In this document: one piece after another, positions 19,427 through 28,465 of the stretch
Layout of the letters: the number at the start of each line of letters is the position of its first letter
Numbering within the stretch: position 1 is the stretch's first letter
Assembly: GCA_937920515.1 (NCBI GenBank)
Contig: CALEUG010000003.1
Location: 2,108-66,107 of the forward strand
Reading direction: 5' to 3'
DNA from: an uncultured bacterium
GTDB lineage: Bacteria; Acidobacteriota; Aminicenantia; Aminicenantales; Saccharicenantaceae
Length of the DNA: 64,000 nt
Program-made: the position numbers and the translations under genes
The notes under the pieces: model-generated
The model's input: only the letters and a program-made list of their open reading frames with translations
What the model was told of the DNA's origin: nothing
The model's database searches: none

Positions 19427-20773
19427 TTACTTTTTTGCTTTTTTCACCCTGGCCGCTTTTTTCCCGGCAGACTGTATCCTGACCTTCCGTTCCCTGGCCC
19501 AGCCTGGTTTCTGCACCTGGCGGGCCCGGGCGATGGCCAGGGCCTCCGGCTTTACGTTTTCGGTGATGGTGGAGCCGGCAGCCACATAGGCTCCGCGTCC
19601 TACCCGGACTGGAGCCACCAGCTCAGTGCCTGAACCAATGAAAGCCTCTCGTCCGATAAAAGTCCTGCTCTTCCTCACTCCGTCGTAATTGCAGGTGATG
19701 GTTCCGGCACCCACGTTGACGTTCTTTTCAACCCGGGTGTCACCCAGGTAGCTGAGGTGCATGGCTTTAGAACCTTCACCGAAGACCGTTTTCTTCATTT
19801 CCACAAAATTGCCAACCCGGCTTCCCCGGCGCAGCCTGGTTTCTGGCCTCAGCCTGGAAAACGGCCCGACCTGGGCTTCGTCATCTATTCGGCAGCCCTC
19901 AATAACCGTGGCCCCGTGCACCGTGACCCTGTTTCCCAGCCTGCTATTAATGATATGACAGTGGGGATAAACCAGGCAATCTTTGCCAAGCTGACTTCTG
20001 CCCTCAATAACCACTGATGGATAGATGACTGTTCCCCGCCCGATTTTGGCCCAGGGATCAATCCAGACCGAGGCCGGGTCCAGAAAGAACACCTCCCTTT
20101 TTTCCAGCTCGGCTATCTTGGCCTTCCTTAGAAATTCAGCCACCCTGCCATAATCGGCCAGGGAATTAACCGGAATGAAAGACTCTTTCTCGGCCTCCTT
20201 TACCCAGTAAAAGCCTATCCTCAATCCAGCAGTCCAGGCTGCCTCAACCAGGGCCACCACGTCAAGCTGACCAGAGGGCTTGAACGGACGGACCTGCCTG
20301 AGCCATTTGCGCTGGCCGTCAAGGGAAATCAGGGCCAGGCCGGGGCGGACAAAATAATCCTCTAACGGCCGATCTCCACGGGAACTGATTCTTTCACCGA
20401 TCAGGGTAAGGTCATAACCCGATTTTTGATGAAAGGCCAGAACCTTTTTGAGGAAACCAGCATCCCTTGGAAAAAATTCTGCCGTAATCAGGATCAGCTC
20501 CCCGGTTGTTTTTGCCTTTTTAATCTTCTCCATCAGGGTAAAAAGAGAACACGAGAGAGCCTCAAGCGGAAGGACCCAAACCAGTTTTTTCCAGACTTCA
20601 GGCAAATCTTCAGGCCGGGAATGCAGCAGGCCGACTCGCTCCGGGTTTAGTCTGGCCAGGGTTTCCAGCCGGCTGTTCAGAAGCGAGGAGCCAGAAACGA
20701 TTGAAGGCAATTTTATTTTCTGGCCGCCCGAAACATCATCTCCGCAGGCCAGAACCAGGAGTTTGTTTTTCAT
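19427..20773 (-). CDS. glmU: GlmU-like protein: intact glucosamine-1-P acetyltransferase (left-handed beta-helix), degenerate uridyltransferase domain
   Basis: C-terminal VGPFSRLRP, VGNFVEMKK, HLSYLGD, NVGAGTITCNYDG, AAGSTIT; N-terminal NTP-transferase signature is eroded. Confidence 0.85.
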   Translation of the reverse strand: MKNKLLVLACGDDVSGGQKIKLPSIVSGSSLLNSRLETLARLNPERVGLLHSRPEDLPEVWKKLVWVLPLEALSCSLFTLMEKIKKAKTTGELILITAEFFPRDAGFLKKVLAFHQKSGYDLTLIGERISSRGDRPLEDYFVRPGLALISLDGQRKWLRQVRPFKPSGQLDVVALVEAAWTAGLRIGFYWVKEAEKESFIPVNSLADYGRVAEFLRKAKIAELEKREVFFLDPASVWIDPWAKIGRGTVIYPSVVIEGRSQLGKDCLVYPHCHIINSRLGNRVTVHGATVIEGCRIDDEAQVGPFSRLRPETRLRRGSRVGNFVEMKKTVFGEGSKAMHLSYLGDTRVEKNVNVGAGTITCNYDGVRKSRTFIGREAFIGSGTELVAPVRVGRGAYVAAGSTITENVKPEALAIARARQVQKPGWARERKVRIQSAGKKAARVKKAKK

Positions 20774-21273
20774 GAAAGCTTTACCAGGACCTTAAACCTT
20801 TTATCTTCCCAGATGGACTCGAAGTCAGGCTCATTCTGGGCCATGACCGCCAGGGATTTATCTTTCTGGAGAGCTTTTTTGAGGGCCTCCAGCCCCTCTT
20901 CCACCTGGCCGGCCTGGACATAAGCCGTGGCCATCAGGTAGTTCACCCTGGCTTCCTCGCGCTTGAGTTCCAGAGCTTTTTCCAGAAGCTTTAGAGCCCC
21001 CTGATAGTCACCCTGGTTGATTCTCATCTGGGCATAAAAAAGATAATCTTCAATATTCCGGGGAGAGATAGACTCTTTTTTGGGACCCCTCTCGCAGATG
21101 CTGATGTAAACTCTGGCCCGGTCAACCAGCTCGTGTTCTTCAGGATAATTAGCTATCAGCTCTTTGAAGGAAACGAGGGCCCTGTCGTAGTCGTTCTTGC
21201 GAAAATCCTTTATACCCTGGTTGTAAAGGGCCAGCGCCTTCTGGTAATCATCTTTTTTCTTCGATTCGCTCAC
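20770..21273 (-). CDS. Tetratricopeptide repeat protein
   Basis: Helical TPR patterns (YNQGIKDFRKNDYDRALVSF; GDYQGALKLLEKAL; YLMATAYVQAGQVEEGLEALKKAL); overlaps the glmU start by 4 nt. Confidence 0.8.
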   Translation of the reverse strand: MSESKKKDDYQKALALYNQGIKDFRKNDYDRALVSFKELIANYPEEHELVDRARVYISICERGPKKESISPRNIEDYLFYAQMRINQGDYQGALKLLEKALELKREEARVNYLMATAYVQAGQVEEGLEALKKALQKDKSLAVMAQNEPDFESIWEDKRFKVLVKLS

Positions 21274-21409
21274 TTCTCTCTCCTGATGACCATAACTTAA
21301 GTTTTTGCTATTTTACAACATAGAAACCGGTTAATCAAGCCAGCCGGGTGCCGGGAAAATATTGTGGTAGGGTGATGCCAAAGCTCGATTTTTATGCTAA
21401 AATTCCTGC

Positions 21410-22153
21410 GTGAAAGCGCTTCTGGTTGACCTCCTCGATAAGCTTTACCGGAAAGAAATAACCCCCCAGCAGGCACTGGAAAAGCTCCAGGACTTCCCTT
21501 ACCAGGACCTGAGTTTTGCCAAGGTAGATCATGCCCGAGAGGTGAGACGGGGAATGCCTGAGGTCATCTTTGGCCAGGGCAAGACCCCGGAACAACTGCT
21601 CAAGATAGCCTCGGCTATTCTGAAAAAGGGCAGCAACCTGCTTATCACCCGTCTCTCTCCCGAAAACTACAGGAAAATAAGGACCCGGTTGAAAAACTGC
21701 CATTACCATGAACAGGCCAGATGCCTGACTTTTATAAAAAACAGGCCTTTAGAGGGAAAAGGCCGGGTGGCCGTAATCTCAGCCGGCACTTCTGACGTTC
21801 CCGTGGCTGAAGAAGCGGCCCTGACGGCCGAGTTCTTTGGAAATGTCGTAGACCGGGTCTATGACGTGGGCGTGGCCGGGCTGCACCGTTTGCTCGCTCA
21901 CCTTGACCTGATAAAACAGGCCCGGGTACTGGTGGTGGTGGCTGGAATGGAAGGGGCCCTGCCCAGCGTGGTGGCCGGCCTTGTACGGGCACCGGTCATA
22001 GCCGTTCCCACCAGCGTCGGTTACGGAGCCAGTTTCCAGGGGCTGTCGGCCTTGCTGGCCATGCTTAATTCCTGCCCCGGCGGAGTGGCCGTGGTTAACA
22101 TAGACAACGGTTTTGGCGCTGGCTACCTGGCCAGCCTGATAAACCACCTATGA
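21410..22153 (+). CDS. larB: Nickel-pincer cofactor biosynthesis protein LarB (PurE-like)
   Basis: FAKVDHAR..RRGMPEVIFGQGKT, SAGTSDVPVAEEA, DVGVAGLHRL, AGMEGALPSV, PTSVGYGA, LNSC..GVAVVNIDNGFGA. Confidence 0.92.
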   Translation: MKALLVDLLDKLYRKEITPQQALEKLQDFPYQDLSFAKVDHAREVRRGMPEVIFGQGKTPEQLLKIASAILKKGSNLLITRLSPENYRKIRTRLKNCHYHEQARCLTFIKNRPLEGKGRVAVISAGTSDVPVAEEAALTAEFFGNVVDRVYDVGVAGLHRLLAHLDLIKQARVLVVVAGMEGALPSVVAGLVRAPVIAVPTSVGYGASFQGLSALLAMLNSCPGGVAVVNIDNGFGAGYLASLINHL

Positions 22154-22194
22154 TTTTTCTGGCTGAAAAAATTAAGTTCATTACGGCAGCCAGC

Positions 22195-22223
22195 TTGACA
22201 ACTGCCGGGGTCGAACCTATTTT
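22195..22223 (+). promoter_or_regulatory. Putative sigma70 promoter of dnaG-rpoD
   Basis: TTGACA (22195-22200), 17 nt, TATTTT. Confidence 0.5.
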
Positions 22224-22253
22224 ATATGAGAAAAGCATACCCTAAGTAGCCTA

Positions 22254-23978
22254 ATGGAGATAACCGAAAAGATCAGGGCGGCGGCTTCTATTGTCGAAAT
22301 AGCCTCCCAGTATACGACCCTGAAAAAGCGAGGCAAGAAATGGGTCGGGCTCTGCCCTTTCCACCCGGAAAAAGATCCCTCCTTCACCATAGACGAAGAT
22401 AAACAGCTTTTCCACTGTTTTGGCTGCGGCATCGGTGGGGACCTGTTTTCCCTGGTGATGGAAAAAGAAAACCTGACCTTCCCCGAGGCCGTCCGCTTCC
22501 TGGCCGAAAAATGCCGGATTCCCCTTCCCGAAACCCGCCAGGCAGCCAGAGAATCCCGGCTGGAAGAAAAAATTTTTGAAATAAACGAGAAGGCGCTTAA
22601 TTACTTCAGGAATAACCTGTTCCGGACTCCCGAAGGTAAAAAAGCCCTGGAATACCTGAAAGGCCGGCAGTTCTCCGAGGACACAGTCAAAAAACTCAGG
22701 CTTGGTTACGCCCTGAACTCCTGGGATTCGCTCTACCAGGCATTTAAGACAGCTTACAGCCCTCAGATACTGGAGAAGGCCGGGCTGATAATTCCCGGTC
22801 AGAAACCCGGAGAATACCGTGATCGCTTTCGCGGCCGGATCATTTTTCCGATTTTCACCCTGACCGGAAGGGTGGTGGCTTTTGGAGGACGGACTATTTT
22901 TGAAGCCCAGCCCAAGTACTTGAACTCGCCCGAAACCCAGACTTTTACCAAGGGCCACATCCTCTACGGGCTTAATTTCAGCCGTGACAGCATCAGGAAG
23001 GCCGGCGAAATGATACTGGTAGAAGGGTATGCCGATTTTGCCGCCCTGTTCCAGGCCGGCATTCTGAACATCGCCGCTTCAATGGGCACCAGCCTCACAC
23101 CCCAGCAGGCCGCCCAGATTTTCAGGTATGCTCCAAGGGTTATCATCAATTACGACGGAGACGATTCCGGATTGAATGCTGCCCTCCGGGCCGTGCCCAT
23201 CTGCCTGGAAAAAGGGCTGCAGGTAAAAATCCTGGTCCTGCCTGAAAAGCTTGACCCCGATGCCTTCATCAGGAAGTACGGATCAGAAAAGTACCTGGGC
23301 CTCGCCCGGCGAGCCCTGGACGGGTTTCGCTTCCTGCTCGTCCAGTACTCAAGGGGTGCTAACCTTAACATTCCGGAAGAAAAGAGCCGGGCCGCACGTC
23401 AGGTTATTCAGGAAGTCATGCGGATCCCCGATGCTATCGTCAGGAATGAATACCTGAAAAAAACAGCTGAATACTTCAGGATTAACGAAGCGACCCTTAG
23501 ACAGATGCTGGAGCAAAGCAGGAAACCGGCAGCAGCGACCAGCCGCGAAGAGAAAGATATTTTCCTGCCAGCGGAAAAGAGACTCCTGCAGTTGCTTTTT
23601 AACCAGCAGGAAATTGCCAGGATGGTTCTGGGCGAGATGGACCCGGATTGCTTCCGGGGGCTGGCCAGCGAATCGGTCTTTCGCTACGTCCTCGAGTCCT
23701 TCCAGCAGGGGCAGTCCTGGAGCCCGAGCTCACTTCAAGAAAAGATTGATTCCAGGTTGCTGGGCCAGTTATGCCGTGTCCTGCAGGAAGACATTCCCGA
23801 CGGTTCCATAGGCGAAGCCCTCGACTGCCTGATAACCCTCAAGAAGAACAGCCTGCAGAAAAAGCTCAGGGAAATCCAGAGAGAAATTGCCCTGACCGAA
23901 AAGAAAGGTGACCAGGAAAAACTCATGTCCCTTCTCTACCAGAAACATGAGCTTACCCGTCAGATCATGACCCTATGA
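22254..23978 (+). CDS. dnaG: DNA primase
   Basis: CHC2 zinc finger (CPFH...CFGC), DRFRGRIIFPI, KYLNSPET, TOPRIM VEGYAD and YDGD. Confidence 0.97.
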   Translation: MEITEKIRAAASIVEIASQYTTLKKRGKKWVGLCPFHPEKDPSFTIDEDKQLFHCFGCGIGGDLFSLVMEKENLTFPEAVRFLAEKCRIPLPETRQAARESRLEEKIFEINEKALNYFRNNLFRTPEGKKALEYLKGRQFSEDTVKKLRLGYALNSWDSLYQAFKTAYSPQILEKAGLIIPGQKPGEYRDRFRGRIIFPIFTLTGRVVAFGGRTIFEAQPKYLNSPETQTFTKGHILYGLNFSRDSIRKAGEMILVEGYADFAALFQAGILNIAASMGTSLTPQQAAQIFRYAPRVIINYDGDDSGLNAALRAVPICLEKGLQVKILVLPEKLDPDAFIRKYGSEKYLGLARRALDGFRFLLVQYSRGANLNIPEEKSRAARQVIQEVMRIPDAIVRNEYLKKTAEYFRINEATLRQMLEQSRKPAAATSREEKDIFLPAEKRLLQLLFNQQEIARMVLGEMDPDCFRGLASESVFRYVLESFQQGQSWSPSSLQEKIDSRLLGQLCRVLQEDIPDGSIGEALDCLITLKKNSLQKKLREIQREIALTEKKGDQEKLMSLLYQKHELTRQIMTL

Positions 23979-24034
23979 ATATATATCCGAATACAATTCA
24001 GGCCACAGGCCTGCGGAGTTTAAGGAGGCTTTAA

Positions 24035-25714
24035 GTGTCGTCTGACGACAGGTACCAGAAAGAAGAAATTCTCCAGTTGATTTCCAAGGGCAAGAGACAG
24101 GGTTTCCTGTCCTGGGAAGAGATTGACCAGACCCTGGGCGATGAGTTCGGAGCCGAGGACGATTTTGACGATTTCCTGAACTCCATGGATAGCTACGGAA
24201 TCAAGATCCTCGATTCCCAGCAGCGAGAAATCATACCCTTCCCCCACAAGAAAGTTCCGGTCTGCACCCACGGCCTGGAAAGAACCACCGACCCGGTCAA
24301 GCTCTACCTGCGGGAGATGGGCAACATCCCCCTTCTGACCAGGGAGGGCGAAATCGCCATCGCCAGGGAGATAGAGCGCGGAGAACGGGCTATAATCAAG
24401 GCCCTGTCCCGGACCAGGCTGGTTCTGACCAACATCCTGCAGATAGAACAGAAGATCAAGGAATTCCCGGACACCATCCAGGATTACTTCGATTTCAACG
24501 ACGAGGAGCTGGCCGAAGACAAGCTTCTGGAGAAACAACAGGAACTTCTGGCTCAGATAAAGAACATCAAAGACCTGGCCCGCAAGATAGAAGCCCTGCC
24601 CCCCAGGAAAAAATTCAACTTTGCCCGGGGAAGAATTATCGTCAAGATGAGTCGACTGATCAGGACCCTCAACCTGCAGCCGGGGATGCGAGAGACAGTA
24701 ATTGAGCAGATGAAGGACACTCTGCGGGAGATTAACGAGCTGGAATACCGCCGGGAAGAACTGGAGCAGAGCCTCAGCCGGAAGAACTGGGAACAGAAGA
24801 AACAGACCGGCTCTGGCAAGAAAAAAACGGCCGGCCCGGCCTGCCCCAGCACCAAAAAGAAAGCCATTGAGAACGAAATCAAAAAGATAAACCAGGAAAT
24901 CAGGAAGATAGAAAAAGAGATAGGCCTCGACTCCCAGGCCCTGAAAAAGGCCGTCCGGACCATCATGATGGGCAAGAGCACCAGCGAACAGGCCAAGAAG
25001 CAGCTGGTGGAGGCCAACCTCAGGTTAGTGGTATCAATAGCCAAGAAATACAGCAACCGAGGCCTGCAGTTCCTGGACCTGATCCAGGAAGGCAACATGG
25101 GGTTGATGAAAGCGGTTGACAAGTTCGAGTACCGGCGCGGCTACAAGTTTTCCACCTATGCCACCTGGTGGATCCGGCAGGCCATCACCCGGGCCATCGC
25201 CGACCAGGCCCGGACCATCAGGATACCCGTACACATGATAGAGACGATAAACAAGCTGGTGCGGATTTCCAGGCAATTGGTGCAGGAACTCGGCCGCGAA
25301 CCCACTTGCGAGGAAATCGCCAAGAAGATGGACATGCCGGTCAGCAAGGTCAGGAAAATCATCAAGATAGCCCAGGAACCCATTTCCCTGGAGACGCCGA
25401 TCGGAGAAGAGGAAGACAGCCATCTGGGTGATTTCATAGAGGACAAACTCATGCCCTCTCCGCCGGAAAGGGTATTTTACCAGAGTCTTCGGGAACAAAT
25501 AGACGAGGCCCTCAAGACCCTGACCGACCGGGAAGCCAGGGTGCTGAAGATGCGCTTCGGCCTGGGGGACGGCAACGAGCACACCCTGGAAGAGGTCGGG
25601 CAGCAGTTCAGAGTCACTCGCGAAAGAATCCGCCAGATTGAAGCCAAGGCCCTGAGGAAGCTCAAGCACCCCACCCGTTCCAAGAAGCTGCGCTCCTTCA
25701 CCAACAGCTTTTAG
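24035..25714 (+). CDS. rpoD: Primary RNA polymerase sigma factor
   Basis: [64 protein letters not shown]...[14 protein letters not shown]. Confidence 0.98.
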   Translation: MSSDDRYQKEEILQLISKGKRQGFLSWEEIDQTLGDEFGAEDDFDDFLNSMDSYGIKILDSQQREIIPFPHKKVPVCTHGLERTTDPVKLYLREMGNIPLLTREGEIAIAREIERGERAIIKALSRTRLVLTNILQIEQKIKEFPDTIQDYFDFNDEELAEDKLLEKQQELLAQIKNIKDLARKIEALPPRKKFNFARGRIIVKMSRLIRTLNLQPGMRETVIEQMKDTLREINELEYRREELEQSLSRKNWEQKKQTGSGKKKTAGPACPSTKKKAIENEIKKINQEIRKIEKEIGLDSQALKKAVRTIMMGKSTSEQAKKQLVEANLRLVVSIAKKYSNRGLQFLDLIQEGNMGLMKAVDKFEYRRGYKFSTYATWWIRQAITRAIADQARTIRIPVHMIETINKLVRISRQLVQELGREPTCEEIAKKMDMPVSKVRKIIKIAQEPISLETPIGEEEDSHLGDFIEDKLMPSPPERVFYQSLREQIDEALKTLTDREARVLKMRFGLGDGNEHTLEEVGQQFRVTRERIRQIEAKALRKLKHPTRSKKLRSFTNSF

Positions 25715-25721
25715 AGGTGAA

Positions 25722-25750
25722 TTGACTAACCTCCTAATATCTGGTATAAA
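25722..25750 (+). promoter_or_regulatory. sigma70 promoter of tRNA(CAT)
   Basis: TTGACT, 17 nt, TGn-TATAAA, 9 nt before the tRNA. Confidence 0.75.
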
Positions 25751-25759
25751 ATCAAAAAA

Positions 25760-25834
25760 GGGCCTATAGCTCAGCGGCAGAGCCACCGGCTCATAACCGG
25801 CAGGTCCCAGGTTCGAATCCTGGTAGGCCCACCA
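25760..25834 (+). tRNA. tRNA with CAT anticodon, most likely tRNA-Ile2 (lysidine-modified)
   Basis: Acceptor GGGCCTA/TAGGCCC, anticodon loop CTCATAA, T-arm CCAGG-TTCGAAT-CCTGG, ACCA encoded. Paired 1:72 and no three-G:C anticodon stem argue against initiator; position after rpoD parallels ileX. Confidence 0.92.
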
Positions 25835-25863
25835 AAAAACGGCTAAATGAATCGAGAGTCAAA

Positions 25864-26616
25864 GTGGATGGAGTGGATGCTGACTTTGAAAAATTAATCC
25901 AGCTCCAGGAGCTGGATAATGCCCTCAGGCAGATTACTGCTGAACTGGCCGACATTCCCCACCTTATAGAACAGATCGAAAAAAAGATAAAGGCCGATTC
26001 CGACCTGGTGCTACGGGCCAAAGAGCGCCTGGCCCAGAACCAGAAGAAAAGAAGGGACCTGGAGGCCGAGGTCAAGGACCTGAAGGCCCAGATGGCCAAG
26101 TATAAGCGCCAGCTCAACGAGGTCAAGTCCAACAAAGAATATACTTCCCTTCTCAAAGAAATCCAGGAAACCCAGGAAAAAATCGACCGGCTGGAAGAAG
26201 AAATAATCCGGGAACTTCTGGTGGCCGATGAAATCGAGGAAGAGATCAGATCCGCCGGCCTTAAACAGAAAAACGAAGAAGAACATCTGAAACTGGAGAT
26301 TGCTGCCCTCACCCAGAGAAGAAAGGCCCTGGAAGCAGAAAAAGGCCAGCTCTCAAGGAAAAGAGAAGAGCTGATTCCAGGAATCGCCAGGGCCCAGCTT
26401 CAGCTCTACCTGAGCATATCCAGGAAACGGGGCGGAATCGCCCTGTCCAGGGTAATTGACGAATTCTGTTCCATGTGCCAGCTAAGAATCAGGCCCCAGA
26501 TGCTGAACGAAATCCGCGACCGCAGCAAAATCCACCTGTGCGAAAGCTGTGGCCGTATCCTTTACTTTGACTCTTCGGAAGAATCCAGGGAAGAAGCCGA
26601 AGAATCCTCCCGGTAA
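25864..26616 (+). CDS. Coiled-coil / C4 zinc-ribbon protein (CT398/DUF164-like)
   Basis: LIQLQELD N-terminus, long coiled coil, SNKEY, C-terminal CSMC...CESCGRILY; usual neighbour of rpoD-tRNA. Confidence 0.9.
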   Translation: MDGVDADFEKLIQLQELDNALRQITAELADIPHLIEQIEKKIKADSDLVLRAKERLAQNQKKRRDLEAEVKDLKAQMAKYKRQLNEVKSNKEYTSLLKEIQETQEKIDRLEEEIIRELLVADEIEEEIRSAGLKQKNEEEHLKLEIAALTQRRKALEAEKGQLSRKREELIPGIARAQLQLYLSISRKRGGIALSRVIDEFCSMCQLRIRPQMLNEIRDRSKIHLCESCGRILYFDSSEESREEAEESSR

Positions 26617-28382
26617 AGGCTGTCTATCAATTCCCGGTAACGATTCTCAACAGCCGCCCTTCTGACCTTCAGTGTCGGCGTGATTTCACCCTTTTCGATC
26701 TCCAGTTCTCTATCCAGCAGGGCCACTTTTTTGACTCTTTCATAGGAAGCCAGACCGACGGTAGCCCGGTCAATCTCAGCCTGGACGAAAGCCACTATCT
26801 CCGGGTTGTTGATTAGTTCCTTGCGATCGGCAAAAGAAATTCCGCGGCTTTTAGCCAGCTCTTCCAGTTTTTCGAAGTTGGGCACCACCAGAGCTGAAAT
26901 AAAGCGCCTCCGGTCACCTATTACCACCACCGTGCTGATGTAGGGACAGGTCTTGAGCAGGTTTTCGATGGGCTGTGGAGCCACATTCTTGCCACCGGAA
27001 GTTACAATCAGGTCTTTTTTCCGGTCGGTAATGACCAGGAAGCCATCTTCATCCAGGTGGCCTATGTCGCCGGTATGGAACCAGCCTCCCTCGAAGACCT
27101 CCCTGGTCTCGGCTTCCTTCTTGTAATAACCCTTCATAACGTTCGGACCCCGGGCCAGGATTTCACCGTCGGGGGCAATCCTTATTTCAACCTCAGGGAT
27201 GGGCTTGCCCACCGTTCCGAACTTGACAGCTCCCGGTCGGTTGACAGTTAGGACCGGAGCAGTCTCGGTCAACCCGTAGCCTTCATAGATAACCAGGCCG
27301 ATGGCGTAAAAAAACTCGGCAATGTCCTTGGCCAGTGGGGCCCCACCCGAAATGAAGAACCTGATCCGGCCTCCGGTCCGCTCGATAATTTTTTGGAAGA
27401 CCAGCCTGTGAGCGATTTTTCGCTTAAGTTTCAGCAGGGCCGGGATTTTCTCTCCGGCCAGGTCTTTCCGGGCATACTTTTTTCCCACCCTGTAAGCCCA
27501 GAAAAATATCTTCTTCTTAATGGTTGAACTGGCCAGGATGTTGTCCATTACCCGGGCATAGATTTTTTCAAACACCCGGGGGACACTGACCATGATGTTG
27601 GGCCTAACTTCAAGCAGGTTCTGGGCCACGGTATCTATGCTTTCGGCAAAGCCGATGGTGGTTCCGGCATAGATATAAGCGAACATGACCATCCGTTCCA
27701 GGACATGGGAGAGGGGCAGAAACGACAGAACCGTGTCTCTGGAAGAAATGTCGAACAGGGCCACGCAGGTCTTAACGTTGGAGATAAAATTGCGATGGGT
27801 CAGGATGACTCCCTTGGGATACCCGGTTGTCCCGGAAGTATAGATGAGCGAAGCCTCGTCTTCGGGCGAGATGGCCGAGGCCAGACTGGCAAAAAGCCCG
27901 GGGTTTTCGGCTGCTTTTTTCTGGCCGATATCCAGGAGCTCGGACAGGTTCATAAACCCTGGAACCTTTTCCGATTCAAAGGTCAGGAAATGCCGAACCC
28001 GGCCCAGGTTGCCCCTGATGGCTTCTATCTTGGCCCGCTGTTCCGGGTTGGAGACCACCACCACCGAGGCATCCGAGTCCTGGATGATGTATTCCGCCTG
28101 CTGGGCGGTCAGGGAAGTATAGATGGGTACGGTCAGTCCACCCTGGCAGATGGTGGCAAAATCAGTCATCACCCATTCCGGTCGGTTCTCCGAAAGGATT
28201 ACCAGCTTCTCGCCCTTCCTGAACCCAAGATGGTTAAGGCCCAGGGCCAGGTGGATTACCGCTTTTTCAAACTCGGCCGTGGAAATGGGTATATACCTGC
28301 CCTCTTTCTTATAGAGCATCAGGTCGGGTTTCCGGTATTCCCTTACAGTATTTAAAAATAGCTGGGATAAAGTCTCAATCAT
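26562..28382 (-). CDS. Long-chain fatty acid-CoA ligase (AMP-dependent synthetase)
   Basis: YTSGTTGYPKG, LPLSH, EGYGLTET, GWFHTGDIG, DRKKD, GGKNVAPQPIE, TPTLK. Confidence 0.93.
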   Translation of the reverse strand: MIETLSQLFLNTVREYRKPDLMLYKKEGRYIPISTAEFEKAVIHLALGLNHLGFRKGEKLVILSENRPEWVMTDFATICQGGLTVPIYTSLTAQQAEYIIQDSDASVVVVSNPEQRAKIEAIRGNLGRVRHFLTFESEKVPGFMNLSELLDIGQKKAAENPGLFASLASAISPEDEASLIYTSGTTGYPKGVILTHRNFISNVKTCVALFDISSRDTVLSFLPLSHVLERMVMFAYIYAGTTIGFAESIDTVAQNLLEVRPNIMVSVPRVFEKIYARVMDNILASSTIKKKIFFWAYRVGKKYARKDLAGEKIPALLKLKRKIAHRLVFQKIIERTGGRIRFFISGGAPLAKDIAEFFYAIGLVIYEGYGLTETAPVLTVNRPGAVKFGTVGKPIPEVEIRIAPDGEILARGPNVMKGYYKKEAETREVFEGGWFHTGDIGHLDEDGFLVITDRKKDLIVTSGGKNVAPQPIENLLKTCPYISTVVVIGDRRRFISALVVPNFEKLEELAKSRGISFADRKELINNPEIVAFVQAEIDRATVGLASYERVKKVALLDRELEIEKGEITPTLKVRRAAVENRYRELIDSLYREDSSASSLDSSEESK

Positions 28383-28465
28383 ACTCTGCCTCCTCTGACG
28401 GTATTCAGGCAGATTTTAAGAAATTGTCGGGCTGAAATCAAACTTATTTTTCGGGGGGCGGTAGC

